Positions 36,732 to 49,135 are shown, numbered from the stretch's first letter. The stretch: DNA of 64,000 nt from Casimicrobiaceae bacterium (GCA_036406955.1 DASXAF010000125.1:732-64731); one strand, 5' to 3'. Notes: generated from the sequence alone by a model not told the origin. Program-made: numbers and translations.

Positions 36732-36974
36732 TCAGCGTTTGTCGCGCGGATGCGCGCAGGCCGGCTGGCCGCAGTGGAAGCCGTCCGGAAGCGCGCGGGC
36801 CTCGGATCTCGGCAGGAACACGCCGCACGCGACGCAGCGGACCATCGCGGCGGGCTGCTGGCTCGCCGTCCCGGGCTTGCGGGCATTACGCGAGCGCGCC
36901 TTGGCGACGTTGATCAGCCGCAGCACCAGCAGCACGCCGAAGATGATCACGAGCCAGAGGATGATCTTGCCCAT
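36732..36974 (-). CDS. PP0621-family small protein (TM helix + Cys-rich zinc-ribbon-like tail)
   Basis: 80-aa ORF. It has an N-terminal helix (MGKIILWLVIIFGVLLVLRLI) and a C-terminal Cys-rich stretch (RCVACGVFLPRSEA...FHCGQPAC). It sits immediately upstream of pilS. Confidence 0.7.
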   Translation of the reverse strand: MGKIILWLVIIFGVLLVLRLINVAKARSRNARKPGTASQQPAAMVRCVACGVFLPRSEARALPDGFHCGQPACAHPRDKR

Positions 36975-36981
36975 GCGGTCC

Positions 36982-38397
36982 TCAGAGCAGCTTGCCGGGG
37001 TTGAGCATGCCGCGCGGGTCGAGTGCCGCCTTCACGCGGTGCATGAGCTCGATCTCGACCGCCGACTTGTAGCGCAGGAGCTCTTCGCGCTTGAGCTGGC
37101 CGATGCCGTGCTCGGCGCTGATGCTGCCGCCGGCCGCGGCGACGAGGTCGTGCACGATGCGGTTGGCTGCCGCGGTGTTGCGCATGAAGCGCTCCGCGTC
37201 CTGGCCTTGCGGGGCGGCGAGGTTGTAGTGCAGGTTGCCGTCGCCGAGATGCCCGAAGATGACGAAGCGCACGCCGGGGAGTGCGCGAGCGAGCGCATGG
37301 TGCGCATCGTCGAGGAACCGCGGGATGGCGGAGACCGGGAGCGCGATGTCGTGCTTGATGTTGGGGCCTTCGCGCCGTTGCGCCTCGCTCACGTTCTCGC
37401 GCAGCGCCCACAGCCGTGCGGCCTGGTCCTGCGATTGCGCGATGGTCGCGTCGCGCACGATGGATTGCCCGGCCGCCTGCTCGAGCGTGCTTTCCATCAA
37501 TGCCGCGAGCGGCGCGTCGGCCGCGCTGTCGTCCGCCTGCAGCAACGCGTACCAGCGATAACCGGGCAGCGGATCCGCCGATCCGGGATGATGCCGTTGC
37601 GAAAGCGCGAGCGCCGCGTCGCTCACGAGCTCGAAGCCCACCAGGCGATCGCCGAGCATGCCCTTCGCCAGGCGCAGCAACGCGATGGCGCCTGCCACGT
37701 CGTCGAGCGCGGCAAACGCCGTCACGCGCGTGTGCGGCATGGCAAAGAGCTTGAGCACGGCGGCGGTGACGATGCCAAGCGTGCCTTCCGCGCCGATGAA
37801 GAGCTGCTTCAAGTCGTAGCCGGTGTTGTCCTTGCGCAAGCCGCGCAGGCCGTTCCAGATGCGACCGTCCGCGAGCACGACCTCCAGTCCCAGCGTGAGC
37901 TCGCGCGCATTGCCGAAGCGCAGCACCGCTGTGCCGCCGGCGTTGGTCGAGAGATTGCCGCCGATCGTGCAGCTGCCCTCCGATGCGAGCGAGAGCGGGA
38001 AGAGCATGCCGTGCGCGCCTGCCGCTGCCTGCACCTGAGCAAGCGGGACGCCGGCCTCGACGGTGAGGGTCGCATTCTCGACATCGACCGCGCGCACGCG
38101 GTTCATGCGCGCCAGCGAGAGCACGATTTCCCGGCCGCTCGTATCGGGCGTCGCCCCGCCGCAAAGGCCGGTGTTGCCGCCTTGGGCGACGACCGCGACG
38201 CCGTGCTCGCCGCACGCGCGCACGATGGCCGCCACTTCCTGGGTGTTGCCGGGACGCACCACGCCGAGGGCGCGGCCGCGGTAGCGCCCCCGATGATCCA
38301 CGAGGTAGGGCTCGACGTCGGCATCGTCCCGCAGCACGTGTGCCGCGCCGGCGACGTCGGCAAGCCGCGCGAGCAATGTTGCGTGGTCGTCCACCAT
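36982..38397 (-). CDS. FAD-binding oxidoreductase (GlcD/D-2-hydroxyacid dehydrogenase family)
   Basis: 471-aa ORF. FAD_binding_4 blocks seen: VVAQGGNTGLCGGATP, LSTNAGG. The FAD-oxidase C-terminal domain ends in ISAEHGIGQLK...DPRGMLNPGKL. Confidence 0.88.
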   Translation of the reverse strand: MVDDHATLLARLADVAGAAHVLRDDADVEPYLVDHRGRYRGRALGVVRPGNTQEVAAIVRACGEHGVAVVAQGGNTGLCGGATPDTSGREIVLSLARMNRVRAVDVENATLTVEAGVPLAQVQAAAGAHGMLFPLSLASEGSCTIGGNLSTNAGGTAVLRFGNARELTLGLEVVLADGRIWNGLRGLRKDNTGYDLKQLFIGAEGTLGIVTAAVLKLFAMPHTRVTAFAALDDVAGAIALLRLAKGMLGDRLVGFELVSDAALALSQRHHPGSADPLPGYRWYALLQADDSAADAPLAALMESTLEQAAGQSIVRDATIAQSQDQAARLWALRENVSEAQRREGPNIKHDIALPVSAIPRFLDDAHHALARALPGVRFVIFGHLGDGNLHYNLAAPQGQDAERFMRNTAAANRIVHDLVAAAGGSISAEHGIGQLKREELLRYKSAVEIELMHRVKAALDPRGMLNPGKLL

Positions 38398-38453
38398 GGC
38401 GCAGGATATTAGCTCACTGCTACCGCTGCCTCCGTGCAGCGCGTGAGGTCACC

Positions 38454-38840
38454 ATGGCAGACACGCCCAAGCCGCCGGCGCAACAGCCGCCGTTCGCATT
38501 CTCCCCGCAGGACGCGATGGCGTTCATGCAGCGCATGTGGAATCCGTTCGGCATGGCGATTCCCGGATTCGGTGCGCCGAGCGCGCCTTCGCCGGACGCT
38601 TCCGCGGGCGCCGCGCCCATGATGCCGTTCGCCAATCCGGCGATGATGCTGGCCGCGCTCGATCCGGCCGAGGTCGAGCGCAAGATCGGCGAGCTGCAGG
38701 TCATCGAGAACTGGCTTCAGATGAGCCTCAACATGATGCAGATGAGCATCAAGACGCTGGAGCTGCAGAAGGCTTCGCTCGAAGCGATGCGCGGCTCGCA
38801 GGGCGGCAACGCGCCTTCCGACCCGCGTTCGAAGAAGTAA
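38454..38840 (+). CDS. Short PhaM-like protein (putative PHA-granule regulatory family, N-terminal domain only)
   Basis: ORF 38340..38840 trimmed to ATG 38454. The stretch EVERKIGELQVIENWLQMSLNMMQMSIKTLELQKASLEAM resembles the conserved PhaM core as I recall it. There is no Lys-rich C-terminal tail. The family call is tentative. Confidence 0.5.
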   Translation: MADTPKPPAQQPPFAFSPQDAMAFMQRMWNPFGMAIPGFGAPSAPSPDASAGAAPMMPFANPAMMLAALDPAEVERKIGELQVIENWLQMSLNMMQMSIKTLELQKASLEAMRGSQGGNAPSDPRSKK

Positions 38841-38891
38841 GCGCCGGCCAGGTCGGCCGTCAGCCTCGACGCGGCGAAGCATCCGCCGTCG

Positions 38892-41135
38892 TCACTGCCC
38901 GTTGCCGATCTGCCACAGCAGGAACGCGAACACGTCGGCCGACGTTTCGATCGCCTGCTCCTTGGTTGCGCCGATGCCGTGACCGCCGGCGAAATCGACG
39001 CGCAGCAGCACCGGCCGGCCGCTGCCACCCGGACCCTGGTTCACCGCCTGCAAGCGCGCCGCCATTTTCGCGGGCTCCCACGAATCGACGCGCGGATCGT
39101 TGAACCCCGTCGTGAAGAGGGCCGCCGGATACTGCACCCCGTCCTGGAGCTGGTGGTAGGAGCTCATCGCGTACAGCGTGTGAAAGCCGGATTCGTTCGC
39201 GACGGTGCCGAACTCCGGAATGTTCGACGGCCCGTTGGCGGTGCGCTCGTAGCGCAGCAGGTCGTGCACGCCGACCTGGCTCACCACGGCATGAAACAAA
39301 TCGGGCCGCGCCGCCATTGCCCCGCCGACCGCGATGCCGCCGGCGCTTCCGCCGATGATCGCCAGGTGTGCAGGGCTCGTCCATTTGTCGCGCACGAGCT
39401 GCTCGGCGGCCGCGATCAGGTCGAGCCAGGTGTTCGGCTTGTTGGCAAGGCGCCCTGCGTCGTGCCACGCCTCGCCGAGCTCGCCGCCGCCGCGCACGTG
39501 CGCGACGGCGAAGACACCGCCGCGCTCGAGCCAGGGCAGAAGCGAAGGCGAGAAGTGCGGCTCCTGGCTGATGCCATAGGCGCCATAGGCATCGAGCAGC
39601 AGCGGCGCCCGGCCGTCATGCACGACGTTGCGCGGATACACGATCGATACGGGCACCTCGACGCCGTCGTGGCTCTTGACCATGATGCGCGTGGACGCGA
39701 TGGCGCTGAAGTCGACGCGCGACGGCGGCTGCAACGTGAGCCTCGCGAGCTTGCCGTTGCCCGGCTGCACCGCGTAGTACGCCGGCGCCTGCGTCCAGCC
39801 AGCGAGTCGAATCAGCGCGCCGGCGCGCATGGGATCGGTGACGCGATCTTCGATGGTGCCTTCGAACGGCAATGCCACCTCGGTCGCGCGCGCAATGCCG
39901 GCGGTCTTGGGCAATGCCGCGGGTGCGTTCTTCGACTTGCTTCCCTTCGCTTTCTTGGAAGACGCGAGCTTCACGTTGAACTCGAGGCGCAGCAAGCGCC
40001 CGTAGCCCGCGTCCATCTGCTGCACGTACAGGGCGTCCTTCGCAACCGACAGGCCGGTGATCACACGCGCGCTTTGCGGCACGACGGTTTCCGCGCGATC
40101 GAGCGACAACGGCTCGCCTTCGGCGAGGGACCAGCGCACCACGCGATAGCGAGGTGCATCGGCGTGCGTCAGCAGGTAGATCCATTCGCCGCGGACGTCG
40201 AACGCGGTGACGCCATCGCGTGTGCTCGCGACGCGCCGCCACTGCGTTCCGGCGAGGCCGAGGCGCGCGAGCGGCGCGGCGTAGAGGGTCACCTCGTTCT
40301 CGTTGCCATGCTGCACGACCGCTATCGCGAACGAGGAAAGGTACGAGCGCACGCGCACCGTGTCGTCCGGATCGATCGGGATGGAGGCGTCCACGCCCTG
40401 GCCGAACACGACGCGGTCCTGGCCGGTGAAGTCACGCATGTACGCGTGGCCGTTGCGGAACTTCTCGACCGGGTCCTGACCAGGCTCGAGCGCGTTGAGC
40501 TGCGCATAGAACAGTGCGCCACTGTCGATGCGCCAGCTCACGGGATCGCCGATGTCCATCCGCGGCACGGGGTCGCCGATCTCGCGGCCGCTCGCGACGT
40601 CGACCACGCGAAGCGTCGCGTCCTCGCTGCCACCCAGCGACACGCCGAATGCGACCCGCTTGCCGTTGGGTGAAGGCAGGTAGAAGTTGATGGCGGCGGG
40701 CTGGCCGTTGGCATCCCAGCGCGCGGGATCGACCAGCAGGCGCTCGGGACCATCGACGCCGGTGCGCACGTAGAGCGCAAAGCGATCCTGTTGCGGCGCG
40801 CGCTTCTCGTAGAACAGCAGGTCGCCACCCCACTGCGCGTAGCGGACGTGCTCGTCGGTGTTGGACAGCTCGGCGATGCGGCCGCGCAAGGCCGCGCGCG
40901 CGGGCAGCGCGTCGAGCACCGAGCGCGTGTACGCGTTTTGCGCCGCGAACCAGTCGTGCACGTCGGCGGCGTGCAGGTCTTCGAGCCAGCGATACGGATC
41001 GGCAATCGTCGTGCCGAAATACGTATCGGTCGCCGGCTCGATACGCGTTTCGGGCGGCTGTGCGGCCATGGCCACGGCGTACTCGAGGAAAAGCGTCGTT
41101 GCTGCGAGTCGAAGCACGAAGGTTGCGCGCTTCAT
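38892..41135 (-). CDS. Prolyl oligopeptidase family serine peptidase (S9A)
   Basis: ORF 38892..41204 with the start proposed at ATG 41135 (MKRATFVLRLAATTLF, signal-like), which overlaps the upstream gene stop as ATGA. N-terminal motif: DPYRWLED. Nucleophile elbow: GGSAGG. C-terminal GGHG. Confidence 0.88.
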   Translation of the reverse strand: MKRATFVLRLAATTLFLEYAVAMAAQPPETRIEPATDTYFGTTIADPYRWLEDLHAADVHDWFAAQNAYTRSVLDALPARAALRGRIAELSNTDEHVRYAQWGGDLLFYEKRAPQQDRFALYVRTGVDGPERLLVDPARWDANGQPAAINFYLPSPNGKRVAFGVSLGGSEDATLRVVDVASGREIGDPVPRMDIGDPVSWRIDSGALFYAQLNALEPGQDPVEKFRNGHAYMRDFTGQDRVVFGQGVDASIPIDPDDTVRVRSYLSSFAIAVVQHGNENEVTLYAAPLARLGLAGTQWRRVASTRDGVTAFDVRGEWIYLLTHADAPRYRVVRWSLAEGEPLSLDRAETVVPQSARVITGLSVAKDALYVQQMDAGYGRLLRLEFNVKLASSKKAKGSKSKNAPAALPKTAGIARATEVALPFEGTIEDRVTDPMRAGALIRLAGWTQAPAYYAVQPGNGKLARLTLQPPSRVDFSAIASTRIMVKSHDGVEVPVSIVYPRNVVHDGRAPLLLDAYGAYGISQEPHFSPSLLPWLERGGVFAVAHVRGGGELGEAWHDAGRLANKPNTWLDLIAAAEQLVRDKWTSPAHLAIIGGSAGGIAVGGAMAARPDLFHAVVSQVGVHDLLRYERTANGPSNIPEFGTVANESGFHTLYAMSSYHQLQDGVQYPAALFTTGFNDPRVDSWEPAKMAARLQAVNQGPGGSGRPVLLRVDFAGGHGIGATKEQAIETSADVFAFLLWQIGNGQ

Positions 41136-42940
41136 TGCGATAACCAGTGCTTGCGCCGTGTCATGGCATCCTCGCCGGGGCTCTCCTGCAGCGTCAGATA
41201 GCACGTGTCGAGAGGCGGCTCCCCGAGCAGGACCTCGTGCTCGGCGAGCTCGTCGCGGCGAAACGCGTGGACGCGCACCGTGTCGTCGGGCGCGCGACGC
41301 TCGAGCAGCGTGCGCAGCGTATCGACCGTGGCCTTGAGCCCGTCCAGCGCGACGAGATGGTCGCCCGCGGCAAGCCCGGCGCGCTCCGCGGCGCCGCCCG
41401 CGTACACGGCGAGAAGCTTCATGTCGGCACCGACCTTGGCGTCGAGCGCGCTGCGCGGCAGGGTCGCGCAGGCCGGCTTGCCACCGCGATCGGTGGCGTT
41501 GAGCGCCGTGCGCAAATGGAAATCGATCCCGAAGTCGGCGAGGCAGCGATCGAGCGGCGGATCTTCCGTGCCGTGCACGTACCGGGCGAAGAATTCGCTC
41601 ATGTCGCGGCCCGCGACCTCCGAAGCCGCGCGCTCGACGCCGTCTTCCGGCACGCCGACGCCGCGTCGGCCATAGCGTTCCCAGAGCATGCGCATCATGT
41701 CGTCCAGCGAGCCGCGTTGCTCGCGTCGCAGGAGAAGGTCGAGCGCCAGCGCCACGAGCGAGCCCTTGACGTAGTAGCTCACCACCGCATTGGGCGTGTT
41801 CTCGTCGGGGCGGTAGAATTTGATCCAGGCGTCGAAGCTCGATTCGGAGAGGCTTTGACGCTGGCGACCCGGGTTGCGCAGGACGGTCGTGAAGGCGCGC
41901 CCCAGCAGCTCCAGATAGCGGGCAGGCTCGATGACCCCGCTGCGCGCGAGGGCGAGATCGTCATAGTAGGACGTGATGCCTTCGAACGCCCACAGAAGCC
42001 GCGTATAGTTTTCGCGTGCAAGGTCGTAGGGCATGAACGCCGCGGGCTTGATGCGCTTGACGTTCCAGCTATGGAAGTATTCGTGGCTCGCGAGCCCGAG
42101 GAGGTTCAGGTACTCGTCGCTGACCGTCGACACGCCTCTCGCCGGCAGCTCGTCGCGACGGCAGACGAGGCTCGTGCTCGACGTATGCTCGAGGCCCCCG
42201 TAACCGTCACCGACGGCCGTGATCTGGAACAGGTAGCGATCGAACGGCGCGCGGGCGCCCGATCCGCCGAAGAGCTCGATGTGCCAGCGACAGATGCGCG
42301 CGAGGTCCGATGCCAGCCGGGAAAGATCCGCATCGTGCCGGCCGGTCACCGCGACATCGTGTCGCGCGCCGCCCGCCTCGAAATGCACGAGGGTGAAATC
42401 GGACATCTCGACGGGATGGTCGATCAGCGCGTCGTAGCTCGGCGCCCGGTAGCGTCCGAAGCCGAACGGCGGTGCGCCGGCCGAGGGCAGTGTGGTCGCC
42501 ACGCGCCAGGCCGCTGCCAGTGGCGCGGCAGGTGGGTCGATCTGTACCTCGCAAGGCGCCTCGCCTCTTCCTTCCGGGCGCAGGAAGACCGCGCCGCCGT
42601 TGAAGTAGCCGCGCCACTGATCGAGATAGGCCGTTCGCACCGACACGTCGTAGGCGTAGATTTGCGCGACGACCGAGAGCGGCCCGGCGCACGGCGCGGC
42701 CCGCCACGCGTCCTTGGCTTCCTTGACCATCGCCACGGCGCCGTCGCGGTTCTCCGCCCGCACGCTCACGAAATTGCGTGCGAACTCGCGGATCAGGTAG
42801 CTGCCCGGAACCCACGTGGGCAGCGTGAAGCGCTGCCCCCTCGGATCGGGATCATCGACTGTGCAGGAGACCTCGAAGAGGTGCGCGTGCAGGTCGAGGG
42901 GGGTGAGGCGGTAGCGGATGAGAAGTGGGAAGGCGTTCAA
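41132..42940 (-). CDS. M61 family metallopeptidase (glycyl aminopeptidase-like) with C-terminal PDZ domain
   Basis: 602-aa ORF with a TTG start. Zinc motif: HEYFHSWN. The N-terminus IRYRLTPLDLHAHLFEVSCTV is typical of M61. PDZ-like block: GGAAERAGLAAGDHLVALDG. Confidence 0.85.
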   Translation of the reverse strand: MNAFPLLIRYRLTPLDLHAHLFEVSCTVDDPDPRGQRFTLPTWVPGSYLIREFARNFVSVRAENRDGAVAMVKEAKDAWRAAPCAGPLSVVAQIYAYDVSVRTAYLDQWRGYFNGGAVFLRPEGRGEAPCEVQIDPPAAPLAAAWRVATTLPSAGAPPFGFGRYRAPSYDALIDHPVEMSDFTLVHFEAGGARHDVAVTGRHDADLSRLASDLARICRWHIELFGGSGARAPFDRYLFQITAVGDGYGGLEHTSSTSLVCRRDELPARGVSTVSDEYLNLLGLASHEYFHSWNVKRIKPAAFMPYDLARENYTRLLWAFEGITSYYDDLALARSGVIEPARYLELLGRAFTTVLRNPGRQRQSLSESSFDAWIKFYRPDENTPNAVVSYYVKGSLVALALDLLLRREQRGSLDDMMRMLWERYGRRGVGVPEDGVERAASEVAGRDMSEFFARYVHGTEDPPLDRCLADFGIDFHLRTALNATDRGGKPACATLPRSALDAKVGADMKLLAVYAGGAAERAGLAAGDHLVALDGLKATVDTLRTLLERRAPDDTVRVHAFRRDELAEHEVLLGEPPLDTCYLTLQESPGEDAMTRRKHWLSQ

Positions 42941-42956
42941 ACGATGCGCGGACGGA

Positions 42957-43032
42957 TGGCACCCCGGAGACGAATCGAACGTCCGACCTGCCCCTTAGGA
43001 GGGGGCTGCTCTATCCACTGAGCTACCGGGGC
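42957..43032 (-). tRNA. tRNA-Arg (anticodon CCT)
   Basis: Hand-folded 76-nt cloverleaf: GCCCCGG-TA-GCTC-AGTGGATA-GAGC-A-GCCCC-CTCCTAA-GGGGC-AGGTC-GGACG-TTCGATT-CGTCT-CCGGGGT-G-CCA. The CCA end is encoded. G-U pairs occur at 1:72 and 49:65. Confidence 0.85.
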
Positions 43033-43101
43033 TTACCGGACGATTCTACCGAAAGCTCATATGCCCCCGCGATCTGCTGCGGTCCACCGGCTTCGTAACA
43101 T

Positions 43102-43806
43102 ATGATTGCCTGGCTTACGCACGACGCACCGTTTCCGCCGCTCGAGTGCGCGCTCGATGAGCCAAACGGCCTGCTCGCTGCGGGCGGGGATCTCAGCGCG
43201 CGACGGCTCGTTGCGGCATACCGGCTCGGCGTATTTCCGTGGTACAGCGAGGGTCAGCCGATCCTTTGGTGGAGTCCCGACCCTCGCATGGTTCTGTATG
43301 TCGACGAATTCAAGTGTTCACGCTCGCTTCGCAAGTGCATTCGTAAACATTTGTTCGAAACGCGAGTCGATACGGCATTTCGAGGCGTGGTAGAGGCGTG
43401 TTCCGCATCGCCGCGATCGGGCCAATACGGAACCTGGATAACTACGGAGATGATGGAGGCATACGTCGAGCTGCACCGGCGCGGTTACGCGCATTCCGTA
43501 GAGGCATGGCATGACGGTGACCTCGTGGGCGGCTTGTACGGTCTTGCGCTGGGTCGAATATTTTTCGGTGAATCGATGTTCGCGTGGGAGACTGATGCGT
43601 CGAAGGTCGCCTTGGCGGCGCTTGTTGAGATATTGCGGCAGCGTGGTGTCCCCCTGATCGATTGCCAACAGGAGACTAGCCATCTCGCGACACTGGGCGC
43701 CCGCCCGATTCCCCGCCGCGCATTTGCGGAGCATCTCGGCGAGTTGATAAACTGCAACGATCCACCGGCCGGATGGCCGCAAGGCATTGTGGGCGAATTC
43801 TCGTGA
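43102..43806 (+). CDS. aat: Leucyl/phenylalanyl-tRNA--protein transferase
   Basis: 234-aa ORF. Motifs seen: [12 protein letters not shown]...[36 protein letters not shown]. Confidence 0.9.
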   Translation: MIAWLTHDAPFPPLECALDEPNGLLAAGGDLSARRLVAAYRLGVFPWYSEGQPILWWSPDPRMVLYVDEFKCSRSLRKCIRKHLFETRVDTAFRGVVEACSASPRSGQYGTWITTEMMEAYVELHRRGYAHSVEAWHDGDLVGGLYGLALGRIFFGESMFAWETDASKVALAALVEILRQRGVPLIDCQQETSHLATLGARPIPRRAFAEHLGELINCNDPPAGWPQGIVGEFS

Positions 43807-44570
43807 GCAAGCTAAACGATCTGCCGCTTGCCTCGCTGCAGTTCTACGCGACTGCACCGTATCCCTGCAGTTATCTGCCGGATCGCGCCGCGCGATCCCA
43901 GGTTGCGACGCCGAGCCATCTGATTGACGCGCGCGTGTACAGCGAGTTGGTGCAACTCGGCTTCCGGCGCAGCGGCGCATTCACGTACCGGCCCTACTGT
44001 GATCACTGCAGGGCGTGTGTTCCGGTTCGTGTCCCCATTTCGGCGTTCAAGCCAAGCCGAAGTCAGCGACGTGCGCTACGACAACACGCTGGATTGATGG
44101 CGATCCGCCGCGAGCTCGCCTACGATAGCGAGCATTACGCGCTGTATCTGCGGTACCAGCGGCATCGTCACCCCGGTGGAGGAATGGACCAGGATAGCCG
44201 GGAGCAGTACCAGCACTTTCTGCTGCACAGCAATGTAGCGACAGACCTTTACGAGTACCGGCTCGACGGCCGGCTACGCATGGTAAGTCTCGTCGATCGG
44301 CTCGTGGATGGGCTGTCGTCGGTTTACACCTTTTTTTCACCAGATGTAGAGGGCGCCAGTTTCGGTACCTACAGCATCTTGTGGCAGATCGAAAGATGCC
44401 GCGCGCTCGGTCTTTCGTACCTGTACCTGGGTTACTGGATCGCCGACAGTCAAAAAATGGCGTACAAGGCGCGTTTTCAGCCCACCGAAGGTTTCATAGG
44501 CGGGCGCTGGCGACGACTGGAGCACATTGTAGACGACAAAACGCAGTATACCAAATTGGCAACACCTTAG
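43803..44570 (+). CDS. bpt: Arginyltransferase-family protein (bacterial Bpt-type aspartate/glutamate leucyltransferase)
   Basis: ORF 43773..44570 with a GTG start at 43803 that overlaps the aat stop (GTGA). Motifs seen: [43 protein letters not shown]. Confidence 0.88.
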   Translation: MSKLNDLPLASLQFYATAPYPCSYLPDRAARSQVATPSHLIDARVYSELVQLGFRRSGAFTYRPYCDHCRACVPVRVPISAFKPSRSQRRALRQHAGLMAIRRELAYDSEHYALYLRYQRHRHPGGGMDQDSREQYQHFLLHSNVATDLYEYRLDGRLRMVSLVDRLVDGLSSVYTFFSPDVEGASFGTYSILWQIERCRALGLSYLYLGYWIADSQKMAYKARFQPTEGFIGGRWRRLEHIVDDKTQYTKLATP

Positions 44571-44678
44571 TTTCGATCAAGTTATGCGATCCGACCCTCT
44601 GGCGTATCGATTATTTGTTGCGTACATTCCGGCCTAGGTGGACAGCCGTTCACTGAATCCAATCGGGGAGTGGGACGA

Positions 44679-45614
44679 ATGAACGCACTGGTCGAGTTTC
44701 CTGCGCTTGCCAACGCAAATCTTCTTTCTCAAATTGACATCGGGTACGACGAGGAAACGAAGACATTGCATTGGTGGATGCGGCCGGCGCCGCGTCCATG
44801 TTTCAACTCCACCTTCCTCGAAGAAGTTGCCGAGTTCGAAAGCCGCGTCGAGAAGCATAGCGGCTGGTTTATGCACCAAGGCCGTCATGTCCAAATTGAG
44901 AACGCGATCTTCGGAAGTCGGACACCAGGCGTATTCAACCTCGGTGGCGACCTTTCAATGTTTGTACAGGCGATTCTCAGAAAGGACACCCGCCTGCTGA
45001 CCCGTTATGGGTACCTTTGCGTCGACAACATGCTTCGCCGGATGGATGGATTCGGCGCGGGCGTCGTGACCTATAGTCTTGTGCAAGGTAAGGCATTTGG
45101 CGGCGGATTCGAGTGCGCGTTGTCCAGCGAGTACATCGTGGCCGAGCGAGGCGCGACGTTCTCCTTCCCTGAGGTTCTCTTCAATATGTTCCCGGGTATG
45201 GGAGCGATTTCTCTTCTTGCTCGGCGCATCGGTCTGCGTAAGGCAGAGGAAATCGTGATGAGCGGGCGAGTTTACAGCGCCAAGGAAATGTACGACTTCG
45301 GCGTGGTAGACGAATTGACCGAGGACGGTGCAGGGTTCGAGGCGAGCCGACTGCTAATTAAGGCTCGACAGCGCAGACGGAATACTTTTCGTGCAATGTC
45401 ACAGGCTAAGCGTCGCTTTCAACCGGTGACAGCCGAAGAGATGAAGTCGATTGTCGATGTGTGGGTGAATGCGGCGATGAATCTGGAGACGCGTGATCTT
45501 CGGATGATGGCGCGCTTGGTGAAGGCACAGGACCGCTTGATGAGTTCAAGCGAGGATGAAGCGGTTGCGATCGACACAATCTACGAACCGATGAAGGCGG
45601 TGGTCGGAGCTTGA
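44679..45614 (+). CDS. rpfF: DSF-family signal synthase (RpfF-like crotonase/enoyl-CoA hydratase)
   Basis: ORF 44670..45614. ATG 44679 is preferred because the Shine-Dalgarno sequence ggggag lies 8 nt upstream. It is colinear with Xanthomonas RpfF as I recall it: VFNLGGDLSMF, GGGFECALS, FPEVLFNMFPGMGA, VWVNAAMNL, LVKAQDR. A convergent rpfC homologue is adjacent. Confidence 0.85.
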   Translation: MNALVEFPALANANLLSQIDIGYDEETKTLHWWMRPAPRPCFNSTFLEEVAEFESRVEKHSGWFMHQGRHVQIENAIFGSRTPGVFNLGGDLSMFVQAILRKDTRLLTRYGYLCVDNMLRRMDGFGAGVVTYSLVQGKAFGGGFECALSSEYIVAERGATFSFPEVLFNMFPGMGAISLLARRIGLRKAEEIVMSGRVYSAKEMYDFGVVDELTEDGAGFEASRLLIKARQRRRNTFRAMSQAKRRFQPVTAEEMKSIVDVWVNAAMNLETRDLRMMARLVKAQDRLMSSSEDEAVAIDTIYEPMKAVVGA

Positions 45615-45641
45615 CGCTATCCCCAACCTGGTTTCGTAGTG

Positions 45642-48176
<2,535 letters not shown>

Positions 48177-49129
48177 AGACTTAATCGTCAGGCATCAAGG
48201 GTGGTGCGTTCAGAAGCAGCAAACTTTATGCCGCGGATCACGCCTCAGGTCTCGTATCTCGGCTCGAGTACGTACTATGGCGCATACTACATCAAAAATC
48301 AGTAGCTTAGCGATAAACGTACTAGCGGTCACGCGAGGTGAGTGGGCGCATCCCTACGTTGTGTACGTCAAATGGGTCCCTACAATGGCCGCCCCGATGG
48401 CTGCTCTAGCGCCAAGGAGGACGTTCCACGCCGCCTGTGGATAGCGGTGTGCCGCGTCCTTTGCCAGTTTATTAGCCGGTGGACCAGCGTCCGGTCCAGC
48501 GTTCGTCGTGGTTTGCGTCGGCTCAACGCTGCGCTCCGATCAACACCATTGCAGCGCGCTACTGAATAGTCACTTGGGTTTGCGACGCTATTTCCGAAGT
48601 CGGTGCAAGCTATCGCAACTGCGGCCGCTCAAGGAAGTGAAACGGCGGATGGGCGCAGTGATGCGTTCATTTGTGCACGCCCTCGGCTGAACGTTTGGAG
48701 TTCCGGTTCATGCGCATGCGACTCCGGAATCCGAGCGCGACGTTTCAGCAGCCGGCACATGCGGCGCGCGGCCGCTTGAACACTGGCGGGCGCGATAAAG
48801 GCGCAGGCACGTCGCACTCTATCCATAGCTCAGCGCTTCGCGGCGCAGGCACTCAAGACTTCCGGCTTGCTCAGTCTCGAGTTCGCCGCGCGCTCTGTCA
48901 CTCCAATTGCGGTCCTCGACCTGTGTGTACCAATACGCGTGTTACCTCAGCAAGCCGGCTCGCGTTCCATTGGGACGGAACGCAGCATCATTGCGCAAGT
49001 TTGGGATGGTTTGTCGAAACCGGGTACTAGAGACTGTGCGGCAGGCTTTGCTGCTTCAGCAATTTCTCGGCGTTCCGGCGGGCGCGGACAGACCCTGATG
49101 GCTCCGTGTACGGTCAACCGCGGCCGCCT

Positions 49130-49135
49130 TATAAT
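49130..49135 (+). promoter_or_regulatory. Consensus TATAAT hexamer ending 7 nt before the etfB ATG (possible -10 of a leaderless or near-leaderless transcript)
   Basis: Read directly from the sequence: ccttataatctgcgctATG. There is no Shine-Dalgarno sequence between the hexamer and the ATG. The -35 region (gtgtac, 18-nt spacer) is weak. Confidence 0.3.

Noticed and set aside
42957-43032. tRNA-Arg(CCT) as the attachment site of the adjacent low-GC block (a classic tRNA-linked genomic island).
   Set aside because: The low-GC DNA lies on the 5' side of the tRNA. The tRNA is on the minus strand with its 3' end at 42957, facing the peptidase genes. Integrase-mediated islands normally abut the tRNA 3' end. 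I also found no integrase gene and no repeat of the tRNA 3' segment. The compositional anomaly is kept as a finding, but the integration mechanism is not supported.
48342-49030. Short ORFs inside the rpfC-etfB gap (48342..48569 +, 48508..48690 +, 48629..48826 -, 48671..49030 +) and a tagctcag tRNA-D-arm-like string near 48830.
   Set aside because: The translations are Arg/Cys/Ser-rich and lack any protein-like pattern or Shine-Dalgarno sequence. No T-arm or acceptor stem accompanies the tagctcag string, so it is not a tRNA. The gap as a whole is kept as a finding.
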